DNA of 64,000 nt, taken from Azolla caroliniana (taxonomy: Eukaryota > Plantae > Polypodiophyta). The position numbers and the translations under genes were made by a program. Location: the NCBI GenBank assembly GCA_043228905.1, contig JBHGNT010000017.1, positions 2,232,001 to 2,296,000 on the forward strand. The letters are read 5' to 3'. Positions 28,669-38,811 of this stretch are shown piece after piece (position 1 is the first letter of the stretch; each line of letters starts with the position of its first letter). The notes under the pieces are model-generated. The model was not told the DNA's origin. It searched no databases and saw only the letters and a program-made list of their open reading frames with translations.

Positions 28669-29934
28669 GCTTGCATTAGTTGCTATGCATGATTTGGAGT
28701 TAGAACAACTTGATGTAAAAACCGCATTTCTGCATGGTGAACTTGACGAAGATATTTACATGCAACAACCGAAAGGGTTTGTTGTTGAAGGAAAAGAAGA
28801 TCATGTTTGCCTGTTGAAGAAATCGTTGTACGGTTTAAAACAGTCTTCAAGACAATGGTACAAGCGATTTGATTCCTTTATGGTTGGCAACGGATACTCA
28901 AGAAGCAGTTATGACAACTGTGTTTATTTCAGGAAGACTCATAATGGTTCATTTATCTATTTGCTTCTTTATGTTGATGACATGTTGATTGTAGCTAAAA
29001 ATATGTTGGATATTGAAGAATTAAAGAAGCAGTTGAACATAGTGTTTGAGATGAAGGATCTTGGTGCAACAAAAAAGATCCTTGGCATGGAAATTGAAAG
29101 AGATCTTAATGGTGGAAAGTTGTATTTAATTCATAAGAGTTATATTGACAAAGTGTTGGAGAGGTTTGGTATGAAAAATGCTAAACTAGTATCGACTCCA
29201 TTTGAGTGCATTTTAAGTTATCAACTTCTTTATCACAAAAGTCAAATAATGAAAAGAGATACATGGCAAGAGTTCCCTACTCTAGTGCAGTTGGTAGCAT
29301 GATGTATGCTATGGTTTGTACGCGTCCAGATATTTCACATGCTGTGAGTGTGGTTAGCAGATATATGACTTGTCTTGGAAAATCACACTGGAATGCAGTG
29401 AAATGGATTTTAAGATATTTGCGTGGGACTTTAGATGCTTGTCTGGAGTTTGGCAAGAGTAGCAGTTCTCTAGTTGGCTATCTTGACTCTGACTACGCTG
29501 GTGATCTTGATAAAAGAAGATCATTGACAGGGTATGTGTTCACTCTAGGTGGAAGTGCAGTTAGTTGGAAAGTTTCGTTGCAACCCGTGGTTGCGTTATC
29601 AATGACAGAGGCAGAGTACATTGCAGTGACAGAGGTGATTAAAGAAGGGATCTAGTTAAGAGGCTTGTTTGGGGAGCTCGGTTCTTGTTCGGACAAGATC
29701 GAGATTTTATGTGATAGTCAAAGTGCCATTCATTTGACTAAAGATTAGATGTTCCATGAAAGAAATAACCACATCGATATCAAGTATCACTTTGTTCGTG
29801 ATGTTATTTCGCAGGGTGATATCTCAGTGAAAAAGATTTCAACTCTTGAGAATCCCACAGATATGTTGACGAAGCCTCTTCCAAGAATCAAGTTCAAGCA
29901 TTGCCTGAATTTGGTTGGTGTAACCGATAATTGA
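28669..29934 (+). pseudogene. Copia-2 RT and RNase H (continuation)
   Basis: QLDVKTAFLHG, LLLYVDDML, DSDYAGDLDKRRS, TEAEY. Confidence 0.93.
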
Positions 29935-29990
29935 GTTATCCAGCGAAGGTGGAGCGAGACTACTATGAAATTCAAGTCAAGGTGGAGATA

Positions 29991-30515
29991 TGTTAAAATG
30001 ACTTGAATTAATTGGTGTGGTTTATGGAAAGCCGCGTCTCTCATTTGCATGATCTACACAAAGCATGATGACTAATTGCAAAGTCATCACTCTTGGTGAA
30101 TATATGAAGGCCACGTGCATCATTACTATAAAAAGTCGGTGAAGTGAAGGCTATAAAAAGGCAGCCTTAGTTGTTTGAAGGGGCATCAAAAAATAGAAGA
30201 CCACCAAGAGTTGTAGGCTTGTGAGATGTGAGAGAATTAGAAAGTTTGGGAAACACTAGTAGGAGAAAATTCTTGTGAGAGAATTGTGATGTTATTCTCT
30301 TGGGTGTTGGGTTTAATTAGAGAATATTTTCTCTAATTGTTGTTAACTCTCTGTTATATTTTCTTATAGTGGAATCTCTCTCTTGTCCGTGGACGTAGGC
30401 TAATTTGGCTGAACCACGTAAATACTTGTGTCATTTATTTCTCTGCTCCTATATTATCATATTATTGTCATCTATTTAAACTGATGTACTATTTGATCTG
30501 AGTGCCATCCTAACA
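29991..30515 (+). repeat. Copia-2 3' LTR
   Basis: Direct repeat of 8110-8634, followed by TSD GGTTA. Confidence 0.97.
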
Positions 30516-31496
30516 GGTTAAGAGTAGTAGACTATTTGAGATGCATCACGTTGTTCCCTATAAATGTGAGGTAGACACTTTCTACAACATGGTTGAATTG
30601 AGTAGAAACCTGATTCAAAATTAAGCTAGTCGCATGAATCAAATGATTGTATAGACGACGAGATCTTGCATTGATGTTTAAATCATATAGGCACACCCCC
30701 TCCTCCAATCATAAAAATATTTCATCCAAAATATTTAATGAGAACCTTTCTAATGGTGGAATAATATTGAAATGGTATACTAGTGACCTCTTCTCTTGAC
30801 AATATGGAGACAATTTCCAAGATGTGGGTGAATCAAGTTTTGAACTTATAGTATGCAATGGATTGGATGAATGAATGAATGGCCAAATACAGTGTTGGAT
30901 GAGCAACGGGAAGCGAATGAGCTGCTGTTTTCCTACACAGAAAATGGTGAATTAGTCATGGATTTCCTACGAATCTCTTTGCCCAATAGTGCTCCACATA
31001 TGTCATTATAGAGTAATTTCTCATTTGGTGCACTATTGCTAACAACAATGCAAAGTGTGTCCCATGACATAGGCAAAGTGCATAACAAAAATACACTAGT
31101 CATTTTCTAAGCCTGTAATTGTGACTATAGTGCATCAAAAATCATTCAAATGAGAGGCGACACTATTGCTAAATGGAATGCAACTAAGACGCAACTTCCA
31201 ATTTCACAATCTCACATCAAGTGAGCAAGCATTGAAAAATGCAAGTCCTCTCTTTTGTAAACTAGAAACAAGTGAGTTCTCTCTGTTTCTAGGTTTAGAG
31301 AAGAAAAAATACCTTTCAAAGGTAAATTTCCCCCAAACATGGCTCGAAAAATAGTGGAACAACAAGACCTTACAACAACAAGAGAGTTTGGAGATTACCT
31401 CTCTTTGATGAGTTCTTGAAAAACAGTAGAGAGGGGGCAGACATAGGAAAACCTGAACGATTCCTACCACATATGAGGTCTCTCACGAAGCCCTTC

Positions 31497-31700
31497 GCTT
31501 TGATACCACTGTTGGATTTGCAACGAGAAGCGGATGAGCTACTGTTTATCTGCACAGAAAATGGTGAACAGAACAGAAAGCAAGAGAGCACAAAGAAAGA
31601 CACAAAAGAAAATGTTTTGGCGGGCACGCGAAGAACCCTGATTTTCTTATCTTATATACTTAGTGATAAATAGTGAGAATTACCTTTCTGGCCTTTCTCA
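31497..31700 (-). mobile_element. LTR end plus PBS of a fragmentary LTR element
   Basis: Minus strand reads ...TCCAACA-G-TGGTATCAAAGC. A related LTR-end fragment lies at about 30893-30950. Confidence 0.55.
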
Positions 31701-32479
31701 CTATGTATCATCCAGTAGAAACCACATTTGAAATTCAACTAATCATGGTGATTGGATGAATGTGTGGACATTGTGTAGAAACGACATTTGAATGGATGAC
31801 AAAAACATGTTATGTAGGATGAACAAAGATATGATGAATGTCTTGGTTGCGGTTGCCAGGGTGAAGTGAACAAGAATTTCTAGTCATGTCTATTTTCTGG
31901 GCCACCTATGCCTAGAATATATTAATAATGCACTACTCGAGCAACCATTGGCCAATGTAGTGTAGCAATAGTGAACGACTCCTTCCTACCTGGGGTTATG
32001 CATAGCCACCTGAAAATATCTCATGGTATGAAGTTTTCCGTATCCACCACACACAACATGTATGTCCAAATTAGATCATGGGTGTACGGACATGACATGT
32101 GCAACCCAATACCTCATACCTATCATATCCATAACTATGTTTCTCTATACTCAATAATTCACTAAATGAATTTGAGGAAAGTTCAATCATCTATGATCCC
32201 TTGTCTATTGAGAGGAGGAATGGTTTCAGAATAGAGGATTCACAATTACTACCTCAATTGATTGATCTTCATGTATTCAAAAGGGCGGCACAAGAGCAAA
32301 CCCCCTCTACCACAAATTATAATGTGCATTCTCCTACTTTGGGATATCCAAAGGAAAAGAACCATCACATCATGTTCTCTGATTGCACCATCCAGCAGTT
32401 CCTCTACAAAATCTAGCCACCATGATTTATTTCGTCGGTGGTTTCGCAGGTATGAGTCCCTTTAACTTCACCCATAGTC

Positions 32480-33450
32480 GAATGTTAGAAAAAAATATCC
32501 TTAAGCACAATTTGCTTCAATACGAAAAAATGTGCCTTCATTGTTGCAACTGAATGGCTCATGTATCAAATCTTCAGTAAATATTGCAACACACCTAGGA
32601 AAGGTTAAGGCTATCCTTGAAATCACAACACAAACAAATGCCCAAGCATGGTTTTGATTCTTTGGACAAATTCACTTGCACATCATGCTTGGAGGTCACA
32701 TTCGATCACTTCGTTGCATAGGACTCCATTCACATGGAAGGAGGTTGGATAAAAATAATATATAGAACTAAAGTTTGTATTGATAGAAGCACCAAATGAT
32801 CAACGACCAATGTAGAACAAAGAGTTTCATGTTTTTGTGGATGCATTTGATGTGGGGATCATAATCATCCTTGTGCAACTCTATGAATGCAATTTGGTAC
32901 TACTAATATATGATTCTAGCTTGATGCTATCCAAAGCACAAGGGAATTAATTAACAACCGATTGAGGCTCGTACATTATTATCTACGATGTGAACACGTT
33001 CAAGTACCACTTATTAGGAAATAATGTCACTATTCCACCTTCACTACATCCCATTATTATAAATGGTTGTGTAATCCATGATAATCAACAAATCAATGTG
33101 GTGGATGCCAATCCTCTACAAATTATTCGGAAGTTCGAGTACCACTTATTAGGAAACAAAGTTATTGTTCCACATTGACCATATCCCATTATTGTACATG
33201 GTGGACATGTAGTCCATGCTAACCAAGAAATTAGTGTTAGATGTTAATTCTCTAGGAATTTGAGATTGGTAATATGCCACATGGCTCAAATGATGCATCT
33301 AATGTTGGACAATTTGCCTAGGCTACAAATAAAGAGCCATTTCTCAAATGAAGAGATCATCCATATAAGTGCAACAATATTCATAGTCAATCCAAAGTGT
33401 GGATCCTCAAAATGGTGTGCTTTTTACATCATAGAATATATTCTAAAGAG
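32480..33450 (+). pseudogene. Highly decayed Ty3/gypsy RT-RNase H relic
   Basis: KEFHVFVDAFDVGI-like RNase H motif near 32820, and FKYHLLGN twice. Confidence 0.55.
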
Positions 33451-33588
33451 CTAACAGAATAGTGGCCAAACATTATGTTAGGGAAAGGACCCCTCATAAT
33501 GCAAGGCAAAGTGGAGTGTGATATCTTATTGTCTAGAGAAACACCCATAACAAGGCAAGTGATAGTGTCAATGATGGGGTGAGATCAT

Positions 33589-34044
33589 TGTTATGGGCAT
33601 GACCATATAATGTCCCGTGGTGAGAATTTATTGTAGTATTCTATACACGTGGATAAAGTGTGAGGGTTAAATGAGAGTATAAAGAACAGGAGGATTAGTT
33701 TTAATTATTGGGATTGAGACAACCCATTAGGCCAAGTGTGAACTTGCCTGGGGGCCTTAGGTCTGGCTATAAATATGAGGCCTAGCTACCGTCATTTCAT
33801 CATCTTTTGACTACGTCGAGACTCTGACGTTGTGGTGGGTCAACTCTTGTAGCGAGCGTGCTAGCACCAGGTACGACTCGACGCCACGATGGTGGTATGG
33901 GACGCCGATCGAGGCTCGGGTCCGTCTCGATCCCTTTGCTCGGGGGTGGTCGGGTGGATCGACACCCTTCTTTCTCTCTCTCCTTTCTTATTTCATATAT
34001 ATTATATCCTTATCATATGCTTACATTAGATCATCACTCTAACA
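33589..34044 (+). mobile_element. Solo LTR (456 bp)
   Basis: TGTTA...TAACA termini, internal CTATAAAT, pyrimidine-rich U5-like end, flanks ATCAT/ATAAT (TSD with 1 mismatch). Confidence 0.65.
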
Positions 34045-35103
34045 ATAATAGAAAGGGTGTGGATGCTCCAACAAACCATAGTTTTACTAGAAACATTTTA
34101 AAGCCTTAGACATTGACATTTACAAATGGGACTTGCCAACCCGGTCATTATGTAATTTGGAGACACGAACGAGATTCTACCAGTGAGGTTAAGCTCTCTT
34201 CATTGGATCCATTATTTCAACAACCAAGGTGTAACACATGGTAATATTTAGTGATATGGGACACTAATGGTATTTTTTGTTTCTCTTGTCCTTTGCTCGA
34301 GGTGGTCGATATGGTTAAGAACTCCTAATCCATTATTCTCCTTAGACAAAAGGCTCCATGTTTACCTAAAAATGTCAATAAGTGTGTATGTTGCATATGA
34401 TTGAAGGTTGTATGAATGTCTATGAATAAATAGTTACATGTATGTATGTGTGTATGCATGTATGTATGTGCTTGTGTGTGTATGAACAAATGTGTGTGGT
34501 TGTATGAATGAATGTATGCATGTGTATGATCAAATGAATGTGGGTGTATGAAGTTATGAATGTGTATAAGTATACAAATGCATATAAGTGTATCAATGAG
34601 TTTGAGTATGATTTAATGAATGGGTATAAACAAGAAACACTTGATGGTTGTCAACAAGTCATTTAATGATGTGTTGTAGCATGGAAGGGTTAGTACATTT
34701 CAGCAGGTTTCGGTAAGGGACACATATTTATTGCATTGTTTAATGATGCCTTTTACGAAAATAAAGCATGACATGCTATGGTAGTGTGGTTGAAACAAGC
34801 CAATAAGGAAGTTTCACACATGCATCTCAACGTCCTCGAGCAGATCAAACATGAGCAAATATCTCCATGATTTTGTAATGTATGGTGCATCTACTTTATA
34901 TCTTGGTATTATCATTATTCATTGCTAAATGTGTGGTGATTCATCAACAAAGATAAGGAGTTATGAAAGACAAACCAATGATGTGTGCGATTGACGTTGA
35001 ATCCTACATACTAGCGTAAGGATCAAGTCTCTATCTTTCGTGTGTGAGAGGACGGGAAGGTTATAAGATTTAAAGTAGTTGAGAGAGACATTTATATCTT
35101 TTT

Positions 35104-35143
35104 ATCCCACATACGGGAGCCTACTTACGCCAAGCCTATAAAT
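35104..35143 (+). promoter_or_regulatory. Plant snRNA promoter: USE plus TATA box
   Basis: ATCCCACATAC at 35104 (consensus RTCCCACATCG) and TATAAAT at 35137, 33 bp upstream of the U2 start. Confidence 0.8.
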
Positions 35144-35169
35144 GTGGAAGTAGAAGCAATATACTAATC

Positions 35170-35369
35170 ATACCATTCTCGGCCTTTTGGCTATGATCAG
35201 GTGTAGTAACGTTCTTATCAAATTAATATCTGATATGCGGCCTATGAAGCCACATGATATTAACCTAATTTGTTTCATGGGGCAGCCCCTGTTTGAGTCA
35301 GCTTGCCGTCTCTGGGATCTGCGTGCGTTGCCTCGCCGTTGCGCTGAAGTTGAGGTTATGCAATCACCC
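35170..35369 (+). ncRNA. U2: U2 spliceosomal snRNA, divergent full-length variant
   Basis: ATACCATTCTCGGCCTTTTGGCTATGATCAGGTGTAGTA matches the U2 5' end and branch-point-pairing GUAGUA. TTAATATCTGATA stem IIa, GATATTAAC, GCTTGC loop III, stem IV. 3'-box-like CA..AGTAGAA at 35369-35389. Confidence 0.88.
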
Positions 35370-36137
35370 ATAATCTTCCTGCAGTAGAATCTCCATTCTA
35401 TGGAAATCATTGCCGAGTAGAGTCAAAAAAGTGTATTACAAGAGCGTCAGCTTAGAGTTCAGTCATGCACGGGATAGGATGCGGGTGTACTAGCCATGCA
35501 GAGTGCGCATTCTATATATAAAACGAGTAGCTAATTAGGTCCGGGGGATTAGATGATGGTGGACGAATTGAACGGAAGCTAGGAATGGGAAAGTAAAAAT
35601 TACTGAGGGTGGGATCCGATGGATGGTCGTAGGAACAGATTATGCGTATGGTAAGGGGAGGATGGGATATATACAATGGAAAATACTGTGTTTGGGTGGG
35701 AGGGGCCCATACAGTGTTCTAAGACCAACTGTTGCGATTCACACAGCAAAGTGAAGTATAGATTTCACAGTCAAACGCTCGCATTCTTTGGTTGGGCCAC
35801 TAATGCACGGAATCCTTCTCTGAAGGTGTTTAATCTTGCGTTCTTGTTAGGAGTCCTCAGGGTTGCATGTAGAATAATGCCTGTTTGCATGTAAAGAGAA
35901 GAAATAAGTATTGAGACAAAAGTTTACAAAATATTTTTGAACATGGCTCATATATTATCTACTATTTGTTCCTCTGTCTCATATATTTTCAAAGACGAGA
36001 AAACATTTAAGATGTAATCTCTTATTCGGTCTTATAGGCCATTTTGGCCTCTTAAAAGACGTTAATATATCTTTCTTTCTTTCTTTCTTTCTGTAGTTTA
36101 TCATGGCTCACATGGAATAGTCTCAACTTAAGGCTCA

Positions 36138-36488
36138 AATTGAAGGTTGTATCGTGGAGACATGTTGGCTTCAAGGTCTTCTTTAGAAATTGAGTCCCTA
36201 GATAATATACTTAAATGTAAAACCATCTCAATTATGTTCTGCCTCAAATTTCTTGGATAGTTTTTTGCAAAGTTACTAAAGACAGCCCTTATTTTTATAC
36301 ATCTGAGATGTGATTGCTATAGGTACTACTGCAAATCAACTAACTTGAATGCTTGCTACTTATGTTTCCAACTCGTTTAGATTTATTGTATTGAAAAGTT
36401 TCCAAATGGTGTTTTAGTGACTACATTGAGCAAATCAATGGTATTATAGACACATATTCCCAACAATGTTTAGAATGTAAGATAATTG
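36138..36488 (+). repeat. Diverged copy of the sequence downstream of eIF(iso)4G (53262-53574)
   Basis: Shared AATTGAAGGTTGTATCGTGGAGACATGTTG, CATCTGAGATGTGATTGCTATAGGTA and GAAAAGTTTCCAAATGGTGTTTTAGTGACTAC. Confidence 0.85.
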
Positions 36489-38811
36489 ACTCTATTTCAT
36501 CATATGCACTAAGTGACACAGTGCCACCCTACACTTCCACTCCATAAAGCAACACTTCAACCTAATCTCACTTTCCATCGTTAAATATCACTTTAGTTTC
36601 ACCTCAATTGTCCAATACTATTCCAACCTTTTTGAAGTCTAGATATGTAGCTCACATTCCACCGACTTGTCAATGAGACATAATATTAAGATATTTGAAG
36701 CTTGGCGCCATTTGGATTGGTTCTCCTTAGTATATAAAAGTGGGGTAGTTTCTTGGTTGTATTGCCATCATTTCGGTTGTTCCGCATTGATAGTTAGCTT
36801 GATGATTGACATAATGTTCTTGTGCCAAAAGTTCTCGTATGTCTCCATCATTCGGGAAAATTGCGATGTGCCCTCCATTGAATTCATTGTGATATCTTCT
36901 TCTTACTAAATTAAACGAATTTGGTTTAGTGTTATCACTTTTTAACGAATTTGGTAAATATTATTTATGACCCATTCCTATGATTAACCCTAAGGCAGAT
37001 CTAATAATTTTGGAAGATGGAAGCCATATGAGTATCATCTAGACTTGATGTTTAAAGCCAATTGATTGTGCATGTGCGCCAAACAAGAAATTGTCCGGCA
37101 TTGTTGATTGTGATGAAGAAACAATCCAAACAAAATCATTGACGTTAGGAAAAACTTCAAAGTAACAAAAATAAAAATGCAACGAATGACTAGCCTTGTG
37201 AGACAAACTTAAACATTAGAGAAGAAGAGACAATGCTTTATCAAAAGTTTCGTAAACCTAAATCAACTATGGTAATGGTTGGTGTACAAACATAATTGTT
37301 TCTGCAAAAGTAGAGGCTATGGATAACGAAACCTCCAAATAATAAATAGGAAGGCATGCCTTATAATACTCTTTTTTGTAAAATGTGTACATGCACAAGT
37401 CGTAGAGCTTTGGAGTGAAACAAACGCTTGCAGAAAGGTTGGGTTGTATGGTACTATAATTATTGTTGCGCAGTCTGGTATGAAAAAGGGGGAAAGGTTT
37501 TAAGGTCACTGTAGTAGAGATAGAGATATATATATATATATCCAGTCTTTGAAATCAATTAGTCAAAATGCTTTCTTGTGGAAGGACAAATATGAGAATC
37601 TCCGGTCTTTGAAAAACCCTTCATTCTGTAAGAAAAGTTATGCATTCCAAATTAAACTTGTCTAGAAAGAGATTACGATGTACGCGTCGTGCACATGGAA
37701 AATACCGGGTTCCATTTTTATGGAGAAGCCTTCACAGCCACACGCTCTCTATTTCTCTATGGGTTTGCATTAGTGGCCCATAGCTATGGCCATAGCTGGC
37801 GGCGGCCGTGCCCAGAAAATGCAAATAATGCACGACCTAAACAACCGATGGGTAGTGTAGGGCTGCTACATATAACTCCTCGTTTGCCTAGCTACCCACA
37901 ATTCTCTTTATGCGTTGTCCTCTTGGTGGGGGACCGGGATATACATAACCCATGATTCTTCTTGTAAGAATTGACTACATGTAGCATGTCGAGGAAGTGA
38001 TCATGGATGTATGTACATATAGATATGCCACGAGATGCCTCCTACATATAATGTGCCTACATATACAATCCATGACTCTGTCTATAATATATAGATATAT
38101 ATATATCCCTATCGTTTCTCTCTCTTCTGTATATATCCGTGAATCCTCTACGCCATCTGTTTGTTATTCACATCACATATATCTATTTCCACACTGTTAC
38201 ACCCATATTTACCTTTGCCAAACCACGTCCCATCCTGTTTCTCTTATTGCAGACCGTCTATGTTTCTGTACGAAACACAACTGACGGAGTCAAAAAGTGA
38301 GTGGGGCCTACAAGCTATTATAACAGGTTCTAGTACCACTTACTAGCGAAGAAAGTGACTAATGTACAATTTATTGTACAATCTATCATTACTATGTGTG
38401 TATGATTGTATGTATATATGTGTATATATGCTTTATGTTGCGCACGCATTTAATTAACTTATGAGTCTAATCCAAAATCCTACATATCACGGAAACGGAG
38501 TGCTCACTGAAGAAAAGTGCTCAGTTTATATGATGGCATGATACTTTCCAACATGCAAAATCATTAAATTTTAGCAGGTGTCACTAAGTGATGCATGCTC
38601 TTTGTGTCGTTTAGCAATACCTTTTACGAAAACAAGGCATATTGCTACGTCAGTTGTTTGTTGTAATGAATTTATTGACAATTCGCTCTTTATAACTCCC
38701 CATCCCATCTTCAAACGTATTCATTCTGTTGGTGCTGTAGGTTTCTTCTACTCCAAAGTTTCCACCTCCATCTTATCCAACACTCCTCCTCCTTCATATT
38801 CCGTTCAGGAG

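Larger units (their letters stand above)
8110..30515 (+). mobile_element. Ty1/Copia LTR retrotransposon (Copia-2, Tnt1-like) carrying two nested insertions
   Basis: 525-bp LTRs at 8110-8634 and 29991-30515, about 15 differences by eye. Perfect TSD GGTTA (8105-8109, 30516-30520), PBS TGGTATCAGAGC at 8638, purine tract before the 3' LTR. Confidence 0.97.

Noticed and set aside
38578-38811. 78-aa N-terminal extension of the RLP in the ORF track
   Set aside because: Begins at GTG in repeat-like sequence; the signal peptide and the paralog both point to ATG 38812.
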